Shown piece after piece: positions 1-9,385 of a stretch of 32,000 nucleotides of DNA (positions within the stretch are counted from its first letter, which is position 1; each line of letters begins with the position of its first letter). The translations under genes were made by a program, and so were the position numbers. Source of the DNA: Raphidiopsis brookii D9 (lineage in GTDB: Bacteria > Cyanobacteriota > Cyanobacteriia > Cyanobacteriales > Nostocaceae); contig ACYB01000027.1 in NCBI GenBank assembly GCA_000175855.1, positions 1 through 32,000 on the forward strand. Reading direction: 5' to 3'. The notes under the pieces were generated by a model. It searched no databases. It was not told the origin of the DNA and saw only the letters and a program-made list of their open reading frames with translations.

Positions 1-25
1 TGATTGACGAAAAATTTGCCGAGTT

Positions 26-679
26 TTGAATGAGTTACAGCGAGACAGGGAAGAGCAAGCTCGCAAATGGGATGAGCAAAATCGTAAATTCGATGCTTTC
101 CAAGCTGAGCAAGCTCATAAATGGGATGAGCAAAATCGCAAATTCGATGCTTTCCAAGCTGAGCAAGCTCGTAAGTGGGATGAGCAAAATCGTAAATGGG
201 AGGAAAATAATCAACGTCTGGACAGAATCGAAGCCCAGAACAGTGCTACCCTGGAGGAAATCCAGAAAGCTAACCGTCGTTATGAAAGTGCCATTGGTGC
301 TATTGGTTCCCGCTGGGGTCTCTATTCTGAAGCTAGTTTCCGTAATGGACTCCAAGCTATTCTAGGCCAGTCCTTTGGGGTGGAGGTGCTCAATCTTACC
401 CTTTACGACCAGGAGGGAGAAGTATTTGGTCGACCAGAACAGGTGGAATTGGATATAATCATCAAAAATGGGCTAACTATTGTCTGTGAACTTAAGTCTT
501 CTATTGACAAAGCTGGTATGTACATCTTTGGTCGTAAGGCAGACTTCTACGCTAAAAATCAAAATAGAGTGGTTAACCGTAAAATTGTGATTTCGCCCAT
601 GGTGGATGAGCGAGCTATACCGGTAGCTAAATCCCTAGGCATTGAGATATATAGTTATGCAGATGTAGTGGTACCATAA
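26..679 (+). CDS. DUF3782-like protein: coiled-coil repeat region plus C-terminal PD-(D/E)XK nuclease-like domain. Probably a 3' part of a gene starting left of the window.
   Basis: ORF track. Tandem AEQA(H/R)KWDEQNRKFDAFQ units are followed by 'EVFGRPEQVELDIIIKNGLTIVCELKSSI...', which resembles the D...ExK nuclease-like core. The only near-edge start is TTG. Confidence 0.6.
   Translation: MNELQRDREEQARKWDEQNRKFDAFQAEQAHKWDEQNRKFDAFQAEQARKWDEQNRKWEENNQRLDRIEAQNSATLEEIQKANRRYESAIGAIGSRWGLYSEASFRNGLQAILGQSFGVEVLNLTLYDQEGEVFGRPEQVELDIIIKNGLTIVCELKSSIDKAGMYIFGRKADFYAKNQNRVVNRKIVISPMVDERAIPVAKSLGIEIYSYADVVVP
50..211 (+). repeat. In-frame tandem repeat, 54-nt (18-aa) unit, about 3 copies (50-103, 104-157, 158-211)
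   Basis: Translations EEQARKWDEQNRKFDAFQ / AEQAHKWDEQNRKFDAFQ / AEQARKWDEQNRKWEENN are nearly identical at nucleotide level. Confidence 0.85.
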
Positions 680-716
680 AAGGGAAGCATTTCAACATCT
701 ATAAAACCAAAAACCT

Positions 717-848
717 ATGATAGAGGCTGAAATTAAGGCATTAATTCAAAAAGAATTGCCCCGGGCGATCGCGGAGGAATCGGGTGTGCGGGATTTTGTC
801 TTGCCCACGGTGTCAGAATATTACACTCCCCTAATTAGATGTGCATAA
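717..848 (+). pseudogene. Short N-terminal fragment (43 aa) of a DUF3782-like protein
   Basis: ATG at 717 reads MIEAEIKALIQKELPRAIAEESGVRDFVLPTVSEYYTPLIRCA*. This resembles the start of DUF3782-type proteins and ends early. Confidence 0.4.
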
Positions 849-878
849 ACTTTTGCAAGCGGTAGCTAGGGATTGCAT

Positions 879-3800
879 TCAACCTCTTAATAAAAATGCT
901 GTTAAGGAAATTTGCATACTGGTAGGTTTAATTCCTTCATCCAAAATTAGGTTTAACCTATCCGTATCTTCGAACAACTGAATAATAAATTTCTCATCAT
1001 CCAAATTTGATTTGTCCCCATCTGTATATTCCTTCAAAAGTTTTTGTACAGATTTTCCCTCTTTCCAGGTATTCAGTTTTTTTAGTGTACCTTTGACCTT
1101 ACTACGGTCTAACTTATCTGGGAAACTATCCAGCTTATTCAAACGACGTTGAATTTTGGTAATCCGTTCTGAAGTGATATTAATATTTTCCAGGGTTTCT
1201 AGTTCTTTTAGTTCTGCACTACCTTGTTCCTTGAGTTTCACCAGTTCGTCATAAATTGATTCAGCTAATGATATTAAATATTTTGAAGAAAATACATTGT
1301 TAGCTGCTGGGGTTTTAATAGCAGTGGCGATCGCCAAACCATAACCATCTTTTTCTCCTGTGATATTGTTCCAAAATAGGGTTTTTTGCTTATTTTTTAT
1401 AAGTTCACCATTGGGTCCGAAATATTGCACTGTTAGTGCTACTAATCCGGATGGTTGGTTTGGTTCATTGATTCGACCTAGAGCAATGGGATTTGGTTGG
1501 TAATCATCGCCCATTTTTTTTAAAAGTTCACTCAGCTCTTCACTGTGTAATATTTCATTTTGGGTATAAACATCTCGATTGGTTTCTTGTTTTTTATAAG
1601 CATCCTCCTGTAAATTACCTTGTTCCATTTTTCTAGCTTTAATGAGACTTTGGATAAAATCCACATATCCTGGTAAAATTTCGCCATCAAATAATGTATC
1701 ACCATAAATAGAAGATCCTAATGTACCGGTATCAGAAATAGGGGAAATATTGTAATTATATTCAAGACTTGTCTTATTTTCCTGTTGTTGAGATATTTCT
1801 CCTACTAACTTTTTATGTAAATTTTTTAGGCGAGATGCTTGTCTTAATAGTTGACTTTCACTGTTAGCATAGTAAACGTAAATATATTCTGCCTTATGTT
1901 GTTTCGGTCTATCAATCCTGCCAATTCTTTGCTCTAAAATCATGGGATTCCAAGGTAAATCAATATTAATTAAATAATCCGCATCTTGTAAATTTTGACC
2001 CACCGATAAGGTTTCTGAACCAATTAATACTTTAATTTCCTCTTCTGCTTGAGGAAGTTCTTCAAGATTTTTACAGGTAGCATGTGGAGCAAATAATCTA
2101 AAGATACTTTGGCGATCGCAAACAACTCGACCTCGATTAGGTTGTAGTACATCAGCAGGATTTACTCTTTGTGGTTTATCTGAATTGTCGGGATAATATA
2201 ATTTTGTGGAACCAATTAACATCCCAATACCCTTAGCTGCGATCGCACCATCACGGGTCATGTGATGATAATAATCAATTACAGTATCGCTAAAGGTAGA
2301 AATTAGTAGTACCTTATGACCAAGTTTCACTAACTCACGAACTTTTTGGGTAACTTGTTGTTTTTTGTGATCAACAAAAAACTCATTTTCTAATAGGGTG
2401 TGAATTTCATCCAATTGTTGTAAGTCTTTTTTACAATCATCCAGCATGCGATTATAAATCCTTTGGGCACTGTCAGGATCATTCTGTAGATTACCTGTGA
2501 AAGTATCTATAGAACTTCTTAATTGTTGACGGTTTTGTTCTGGATTTACTTGATTTTCTTCTTCCTCCTCATCTTCATAATCCTCATCTTCATAATAATC
2601 TAAGAACTTGTCTGAGTTATCTTTTTTATCGGAGTTAAAATTATAATGGACTAGTAAAAACTCCTTTAGTCCCTCCCCATCAAAAGAAACTGATTCTAAT
2701 CGTTTCTGCATTTGTTTAATCCGGTAACCAAAACTCTCAATAGTTCTACCCAAAGCATACATACTAGATTCAGCTCTTTGTAAGAAAAAGCGGCGCTGGT
2801 TAGATAACAAACTACGTTGTTCCACATTACTGGTTAAATAACGAATAGGGTCAGCAAAAGGAATATATAAACTAGTTTCAAATTGGGTGAAAATTTGCTC
2901 TAGCGCTAATTCAGTACTCTCTTCAAATTGTACTGGTAACCATTCCGCCACTCGTTTGGCATACAAGTTTAAATCCGGAGTAGCTTCTCGTAGCATTTGC
3001 CTGGTCCGTTGAAGAAACAGTTCCCGATAGGTGCGGCGAAATAGTTCCGTATTGTCAGTAAAGTTTTCCACACCAGTTTCGCGATTTTGAAACCAGTGGG
3101 TTACTTCTGGGGGGAAGTTTAAATCATTAAAACCTTCTGGACGACTAATAAAGGGTGAAAGGATATTATAAATATCTTCTCGGCGATTATTCCAGGGAGT
3201 GGCGGTTAAAAGCAAAAAATAACGTTGCTTGCCAGTTTTTCTATCTTGTTCTTGTATCTCTAAACAAGTTTTGTGAATACGGTTTCTATAATTGCGAATA
3301 CCTTCGTGGGCCTCATCAATAATTACTAAGTCGGGTCCCCCATAACGACCAAAGTCTGCCAAAAAACCACCTTTACGACTCATGAGGTTTTTATTATAAA
3401 ATTCGTAATCACGGGATTGAAACCCTAATTCTGCTAGTTCTCTTTCCCAGTTAGGATGAAGTTTTTTAGCAGCTATAATAGCAATTTTAGCTTGTGCATT
3501 TTGTTGAAAGTATAATTTAGCTACGGTAGCGGCTAAACGGGTTTTACCTAAGCCTACTGCGTCTGCACACACAGCTACACCAAAATTTTTCATCACTCTT
3601 AAACAATGTTGAGCGCCTGACTTTTGGTGTTCAAAGAGGGTGCTATTATTTAACAGTTCATCTAATAAATCACTGCGTTCTACTTGAAACTGTTGGGGTT
3701 TTTGCCGTGCTAACCAATAAAGAAAGTCACTAGGTGTGCCATGATTACCCGCTAAAATCATTTCTACTGCTGGTTTAAATCCCTCAATTTCTGCAAATTC

Positions 3801-5120
3801 AGGAATTTCTGGGGAATGAGTAACCACCGGAGGTTTTTTCGGTGCTATTTCATAACTTTGTTCAGTAGTTCTTACCTTAAACGCTTTTAAAAGTGTTGGT
3901 GGATGATTTGTGTTTATGGTAATTTGACCGGAAATACGCTCCGGTTCTTTACTATTAATGGTAACTTGTACCAGGTCATTATCAACAATTTGGATTTCTT
4001 CTACGTGGTCTAGATTTTGACCGGTAATTTCAACCTTGGTAGTCTTTCCTGAGGGAACGGTGTGGGGAGTGATAGAGTCAATAATTGGTGTTTTTAATTG
4101 ACTGCGACGTTCCTTTTCTGCTAGTACTTCCTGGAGGAATTCTAAACTGATATCAAATGCTATATCTTCCCGTTCCCATTCCTTATCAAATTGACGAATG
4201 TTCTCTAATATGGTTTCTGTATCTAGTTCATCCCAGGAATATAAAAAAGTGATACTTTCAGCATTTCGGGAATAAGCAGCGCGGGTCAAGTTGTCTGAAC
4301 CATCGTGTTGAATATGATATCCTAGGGAGTCGCTGAGGATTCCTGTTTTTTTATGATAAATGGCTCTTTCTGAGTCCATTTTGATTAGTTTAATCACCAT
4401 AAATCCTAATCTGACTAACTCAGCTAATATTTCTGTATGATCTAGTTCTCTATCTTTTAAATTTCGTAGAAACTCTTGTAAGGTGCGTTGGATAAACCGA
4501 GTGCGATAATTAGGGTCATGAAGTTTTTCCAGTTCTTGAATATCGGACTTTTTAGTAAATCCTTGCCAGTCCATTAACAAGCGAATTTTTCCTTCTGCTT
4601 GAATAATAGCAGCCAATGGTTCTTCATATAATTTCAGAATGCTACTATCAAAATAGGCTGTGGAACGACGATAAATTTGACTGCGCTCTAATACTTTACT
4701 AAAAAATTTATGGTACTTATCCAAATCATTGGGCAGATTGAAGCGACGCTGACGACCAGAGATTTCTCGGAAACTACCAGTTAATAAAGCTTTTTCTTTG
4801 GTGACATTTTCTAGATCCAAGAATTTTTCAATAATATTCAGCTTGGATGTTCTCAGTAAGCTCGTGCTGGGTAAGTCATTTTGCTTGATGGGGGTATACG
4901 TAAAGACCTTGCCAGCTTTTTGGTCTATTCTTAATAGTTTATAAGTTGTTTGTTTTTTACTAGCACCTAAGAATCTAACAACTTTATGTAGCAAGTTATC
5001 TGCATCACGATGTTTAAAAACCAACCAATACTGATTCTCAAGCCCTTTTATGGGTGTACCTTGGATGATGTAGTAAGGACGCTGTTTTCGGATCAGTTCT
5101 TGGATAAAGGTGTCCAGCAT
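879..5120 (-). CDS. SNF2/DEAD-like helicase with N-terminal phospholipase D-like (HKD) domain and a central IPT/TIG-like segment
   Basis: PLD-like motif 'YHKKTGILSDSLGYHIQHDGSDNLT...NAES...YSWD'. TIG-like 'PIIDSITPHTVPSGKTTKVEITGQNLDHVEEIQI'. Walker A 'ADAVGLGKTR', Walker B 'IIDEAHE', 'LLTATPWNNR', and motif VI 'LPWNPMILEQRIGRIDRPKQ'. Confidence 0.88.
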   Translation of the reverse strand: MLDTFIQELIRKQRPYYIIQGTPIKGLENQYWLVFKHRDADNLLHKVVRFLGASKKQTTYKLLRIDQKAGKVFTYTPIKQNDLPSTSLLRTSKLNIIEKFLDLENVTKEKALLTGSFREISGRQRRFNLPNDLDKYHKFFSKVLERSQIYRRSTAYFDSSILKLYEEPLAAIIQAEGKIRLLMDWQGFTKKSDIQELEKLHDPNYRTRFIQRTLQEFLRNLKDRELDHTEILAELVRLGFMVIKLIKMDSERAIYHKKTGILSDSLGYHIQHDGSDNLTRAAYSRNAESITFLYSWDELDTETILENIRQFDKEWEREDIAFDISLEFLQEVLAEKERRSQLKTPIIDSITPHTVPSGKTTKVEITGQNLDHVEEIQIVDNDLVQVTINSKEPERISGQITINTNHPPTLLKAFKVRTTEQSYEIAPKKPPVVTHSPEIPEFAEIEGFKPAVEMILAGNHGTPSDFLYWLARQKPQQFQVERSDLLDELLNNSTLFEHQKSGAQHCLRVMKNFGVAVCADAVGLGKTRLAATVAKLYFQQNAQAKIAIIAAKKLHPNWERELAELGFQSRDYEFYNKNLMSRKGGFLADFGRYGGPDLVIIDEAHEGIRNYRNRIHKTCLEIQEQDRKTGKQRYFLLLTATPWNNRREDIYNILSPFISRPEGFNDLNFPPEVTHWFQNRETGVENFTDNTELFRRTYRELFLQRTRQMLREATPDLNLYAKRVAEWLPVQFEESTELALEQIFTQFETSLYIPFADPIRYLTSNVEQRSLLSNQRRFFLQRAESSMYALGRTIESFGYRIKQMQKRLESVSFDGEGLKEFLLVHYNFNSDKKDNSDKFLDYYEDEDYEDEEEEENQVNPEQNRQQLRSSIDTFTGNLQNDPDSAQRIYNRMLDDCKKDLQQLDEIHTLLENEFFVDHKKQQVTQKVRELVKLGHKVLLISTFSDTVIDYYHHMTRDGAIAAKGIGMLIGSTKLYYPDNSDKPQRVNPADVLQPNRGRVVCDRQSIFRLFAPHATCKNLEELPQAEEEIKVLIGSETLSVGQNLQDADYLINIDLPWNPMILEQRIGRIDRPKQHKAEYIYVYYANSESQLLRQASRLKNLHKKLVGEISQQQENKTSLEYNYNISPISDTGTLGSSIYGDTLFDGEILPGYVDFIQSLIKARKMEQGNLQEDAYKKQETNRDVYTQNEILHSEELSELLKKMGDDYQPNPIALGRINEPNQPSGLVALTVQYFGPNGELIKNKQKTLFWNNITGEKDGYGLAIATAIKTPAANNVFSSKYLISLAESIYDELVKLKEQGSAELKELETLENINITSERITKIQRRLNKLDSFPDKLDRSKVKGTLKKLNTWKEGKSVQKLLKEYTDGDKSNLDDEKFIIQLFEDTDRLNLILDEGIKPTSMQISLTAFLLRG

Positions 5121-5209
5121 TTGAGGTTAAAAATGTCTAAAAATCACAGGTGCGGTTTGAGGAAATAATTATTTTGATTGTAGCAGATGAAAAATAACTA
5201 ATGCAATAT

Positions 5210-6349
5210 TTACTCAATGGGCCAGTTTGGTATGGTTTGATCAATTGATCGCATGAGTTTAATAGTTTGCTGTAGTGCTATAACTACGCGCTGATAATGT
5301 TGAATATCATCATCAGTTAGGGTGCGTCCCTTACGATCCTTGAGCCATTTTTGACAAACTTGATAACCTCCTATATAAAAGTTCCAAACTTCTTCGGGTA
5401 CTCCCAAAAATTTGTCACCTTTTTTGTTGATTAATACTGCATTTTGGGTATATTTAGGATATCCCGCATCTACTATTGAATTACCTCCATTTGGGGTAAA
5501 TTGGGTGATAAGGTTATTTAATTTGGGTGATTTCATGAGGTGCAGGGCTACTAATTGTTCTCCACATTCTGCAAGTTGACAAAATAGGTTATTGTTTCTG
5601 GTGAGGGGAACGCGGGGGAAGTCTATTTTCAGAAATTCAGCGTAGCGTGTGCGGTAGGTGGGGGAGTGGAAGATGGCATAGATATAGTAGAATATGGTTT
5701 CTGGTGTGGGGAGATAACCCAGGTTTATTTCTATTTTTTTGAGGAACTTTTCTGAAAAGTTGGGGCGTTTTTTTTGTTGCAGTTCTTGCGGTTGATTTGT
5801 GTCGGGGTAGAGGTAAAGGGGAAAAACAGTTCCTCCACCTCTACGAAAAATATTTTGATCTATAATTAAATTACAAATAAAAATGACATCCCAATAAGTT
5901 GATCCTATTGCTGCTCCTTGTCTTCCCAAGACTATGCCATAATTCAGATATAGAAAATGTTGCATAACACGATAATTTAATCGTGCCACAAATTCTTGAT
6001 GGTAAAAGATAAACCTTTGATCAAATGGTCTAAATATTTCTTGCTTAATATAAGTTTCTATTTCTTGATCTGTGATACATTCTCTAGCTGTAGAAGCATT
6101 CCATTTATCTTTATCAAATAATTGTAATCCAAAGATATCAACTACTTCTTGATCACTTTTATTGCTGTCTAGAAATTTTACTATGTTATCTTTGATTTCC
6201 TTAAATGAATAATTAATAACCAGTTTATCTCTCTTAGTAAGACATCCTAAAGAATATTCTTGCATAATATCAGTAATTTTTAAAAACTGCCCATACTCTG
6301 CAAATAAATATGTATCTTGAGGAATTAATAAATAAAACTCAGATTTTGG
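5210..6349 (-). pseudogene. C-terminal (target-recognition/specificity) portion of a type ISP/IIG restriction-modification methyltransferase. The ORF-track start is at 6265 and the open frame extends to 6349.
   Basis: Contains 'GVPEEVWNFYIGGYQVCQKWLKDRKGRTLTDDDIQHYQRVVIALQQTI', characteristic of type ISP C-terminal domains. Upstream in-frame sequence 'PKSEFYLLIPQDTYLFAEYGQFLKITDI' is also family-like. No NPPY or SAM motif in the ORF. Confidence 0.65.
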
Positions 6350-7005
6350 TTAAACCTTAGAAAACTTTTAAGTAATGTATGTAAATATCCATTTTCCCGT
6401 TCTTGCTTGTAAGCGATAGGTATTACCTGCTCAATCTGACGAGCTGCTTGTGCTAATTTTAGGGCCAACTCTTTGGCGGTCTTGATTGGTTCATAAAACA
6501 CCCATTCCACTAAAGGAACAGACATCAGTACTTTAGTAGCAATAAATATTTCGTCTTGTGTAATTCTTTTTAGTCTAGACAGTAACTGCTCATCATCATA
6601 ACTAAAAGTTTGAATTTGTTGCTGACGCAATTTACCTTCTCCAGGAAGGATTAAAGAAATCCTACCAGATGACCCATTGGGTAAAATTAGATACATGACG
6701 GGTTGTTCCTCAGCTACTCGACTGATGTAATGACCGTAAATATCTTTTTGTTGCGCTTCCTCAGTGAAAAATCTTTTAGCCTCTAATTCACTTAAAGACA
6801 CCAGTTCTTCATAAAAACCTACTGCAATAGGGCAAGTTTCCGCTGCTTCCTCTTCATCATTACCAGGACGTAAATACCAAAACCGTGAACCTTCCCGATC
6901 CAGTTCTTTCACCGGATATCCTAACAATTGCCGTAATGCTTCCACACGAATTTTTTCGTCTTGGCTATTTCTGACAATTTGTAACTGTCCTGATGTGAAG
7001 GTCAT
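6325..7005 (-). pseudogene. N-terminal segment of the same methyltransferase family, lacking the catalytic core. Could instead be a stand-alone hypothetical protein.
   Basis: 226-aa ORF ending '...PIKTAKELALKLAQAARQIEQVIPIAYKQERENGYLHTLLKSFLRFNQNL', resembling the helical segment that precedes the MTase core in type ISP/IIG enzymes. It ends exactly where the C-terminal piece begins. Confidence 0.45.
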
Positions 7006-7185
7006 TTTATTCCTTTCTTTAATTTGTCTGAATGTTATAGAGTTAAAATGTTATAAACTTAGTCGGATAATGATGTTATATGATCATAACACTACCCGAA
7101 TCTACTTAGCAAGCTTACTTGCTTGTTTTTATTACGTTTTATTAAGCATTGGAGAAAGGCGATCGCTCCTCAGTCTAAACTCCAG

Positions 7186-8904
7186 TTAAAATACTTGAGC
7201 TAAAACGAATGCAAATGCTGGGAGTTGAAGATGGATTTCTCCTGTTGATAATTTAGTTGCTTCACCAGACGTAACAACTAATATCTTTAGTTGAGTGAAA
7301 TCTCCATAACCATGGGGAGGTTTAAAACAAAAGTCAAATATGTCCTTACCCATATTCATGGCAACCAGAAAAGAATATTTTTCAGCTGGATCATGAATCA
7401 GCACGCACCGAATTCTATGATTTTCGTATAGTAAGGTGCGTCTACCATTTTTAATTAATTTATATTGCCAACGAGTTTCAGCAAGTTTGTGAATCAGTAC
7501 AAAAGTAGGGTGGTTTTTATTGTAGGGTTGAAAAGTTTTACGGTTAATTGGACCAAATTTCCAAGTACAGGCGGGATTATCAAACATATCTTCTCGTACG
7601 TAACAGTCGTGACCCATAGAATCTGGTTTTTTTTCATCCTCATGCCATCCTAATGCACCATCAAATTCTTGCTCTGTTCCTTGATAAATAGAAGGTGTTT
7701 GTGGTCCCAATATTAAACAAGCCAGAGCAAAATGTACGCGAATACGTGCTTGGTCTCGATTGTGAGTACGATGTAAAAACTCGTGGAAAACCCTGCTGGT
7801 GTCGTGGTTGTCTAGAAACATAATATTATTTTGCCAACCAGCATAATAGGAATGTGATGGTTCCAGGAACCCACAAAAATAATCTACCAAACTAGATAGC
7901 CAATTAGCATCACCCAATGAATGCTTAACTCTATAGTAGGTAGGATAATCAATCAAACCGGAAAATTTGGCCGAGTTATATTCAATCACCTCTTCGTGGG
8001 TGCTCCCCGCATGTTCAGCTATTTGCAAAAATTCTTTTTTTCCTAAAACGCTTGCATATCTTGATATTTCTTCTACGCAGGGTTCCCAAAAATCTAACCC
8101 AACGTGGCGTGCAGAGTCATAGCGAAAACCATCAATATCAGTTTCACCAATCCAGTACTTTAGATGTTGGATTAGTAATTCACGAACATAAGGGGTTTCA
8201 GTGCGCCAGTCCTCTAAAAAGCCAAATAGTCTTTGATTAACCATGTCTGTGTATTCTGGTCCATGAAATAGCAATGTATTCCTTGCTTCTATGGGAAAAG
8301 GCATAACCGCAGATTCATCACCCTGTATGTATTTGAACTCTCCCTGTGGTGGTCCACCATATTCTGGCCAGTTAATGCTATCAGCAATGTGATTAACAAT
8401 TACATCTAGAACAATGGCAATATCCAGTTCATGAGCCTTTTTGACCAGTTGACGTAAGCTGTGAATTGTACCTAAACGGGGATCAATCATCAATAAGTGA
8501 ATAGGATGATATCCATGATAGCCATCTGGAGCGTTGACGTATACGGGACTGAGAATAATTACTCTGATCCCCAGAGACTTGAGGTAATCCAAATGCTCGG
8601 TTACACCCGCAATTGTACCTCCATGACTTGAATGGGGACAAGAAAGGTCATAGTTAACTAAGCTTAAACGACTACGAATTGGATGTTTGCTGCGGGCAAA
8701 TCTATCAATCATGATAGAATAGAATAAACGTGAGTTCCAGTTTTTAGGACTGGATGTCATGGGTACAGATGGTTTTGGTCCGTAAACATGGTGATTATTA
8801 ACCATTCCCAAAAATACGGAGGGAATCTCTTTCATGGAGCGAGGAGCTTCATCGCAAACAAAACAAAAAATGGGATATTTCACTGATATGTTCAACGCCA
8901 TCAA
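7186..8904 (-). CDS. Alpha-amylase family (GH13) glycoside hydrolase, catalytic domain plus C-terminal beta domain
   Basis: GH13 motifs 'DVIVNH', 'GFRYDSARH', 'IAEHAG', 'FLDNHDTSRV'. The track start is TTG at 8904, and a likely upstream domain is in disrupted frames. Confidence 0.88.
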   Translation of the reverse strand: MMALNISVKYPIFCFVCDEAPRSMKEIPSVFLGMVNNHHVYGPKPSVPMTSSPKNWNSRLFYSIMIDRFARSKHPIRSRLSLVNYDLSCPHSSHGGTIAGVTEHLDYLKSLGIRVIILSPVYVNAPDGYHGYHPIHLLMIDPRLGTIHSLRQLVKKAHELDIAIVLDVIVNHIADSINWPEYGGPPQGEFKYIQGDESAVMPFPIEARNTLLFHGPEYTDMVNQRLFGFLEDWRTETPYVRELLIQHLKYWIGETDIDGFRYDSARHVGLDFWEPCVEEISRYASVLGKKEFLQIAEHAGSTHEEVIEYNSAKFSGLIDYPTYYRVKHSLGDANWLSSLVDYFCGFLEPSHSYYAGWQNNIMFLDNHDTSRVFHEFLHRTHNRDQARIRVHFALACLILGPQTPSIYQGTEQEFDGALGWHEDEKKPDSMGHDCYVREDMFDNPACTWKFGPINRKTFQPYNKNHPTFVLIHKLAETRWQYKLIKNGRRTLLYENHRIRCVLIHDPAEKYSFLVAMNMGKDIFDFCFKPPHGYGDFTQLKILVVTSGEATKLSTGEIHLQLPAFAFVLAQVF

Positions 8905-9198
8905 TATCTATGTAACCTACTCTATACTGATATCCCCCACCATTACCAATAGGGGAAGAATAACTGAAAACATCTTGAAGCCATTTTCAATTATGCCTTC
9001 CGTTTGTGTTGTAATGCGATCTATATCACAATACCCCTTTCCATCATTCAACTCATAAACTACCTGTCCAAAATCCGGATGTTTAGACACATGAACTCCA
9101 AAGGTAATAGAGATTTTTTCTTGATTTCTAAACACCCAGTTATAGGGTGCAATATCTGGATCTAAGTGTACTTCACAGTATTCATCAAAATAGTGCAT
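8905..9198 (-). pseudogene. Probable N-terminal domain of the GH13 protein, disrupted by two compensating frameshifts
   Basis: ORF 8917-9198 is in the same frame as the GH13 ORF but separated by TAG stops. A third frame bridges them as 'YSSPIGNGGGYQYRVGYIDIDGVEHISEISHF'. Confidence 0.55.
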
Positions 9199-9385
9199 GG
9201 TCAGAACTGGATTTACTAACAGTGTTTAGGTATTGCATATTTGCGGGATGATTTAAGATTTTCTCCTAATTTGAAAAATTTCTCTTTTGTTCCTCGCGGC
9301 GATCGCCTGCTAAAAATTCTTCCGCTCATTATATATCATCCTGTGCAGGTGCAACGCCTGGAAAATCTATGGTGACTGAGAATTC

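Noticed and set aside
30-365. ORFs 30..365 (+) and 35..355 (-)
   Set aside because: Shadow ORFs created by the tandem repeat and open frame of the 26..679 gene; low-complexity, no family resemblance.
5237-5248. Palindrome GATCAATTGATC
   Set aside because: Short A/T-rich palindrome inside coding sequence; could easily occur by chance.
6995-7189. 64-aa ORF 6995..7189 (+)
   Set aside because: Mostly intergenic and low complexity; no support beyond being open.
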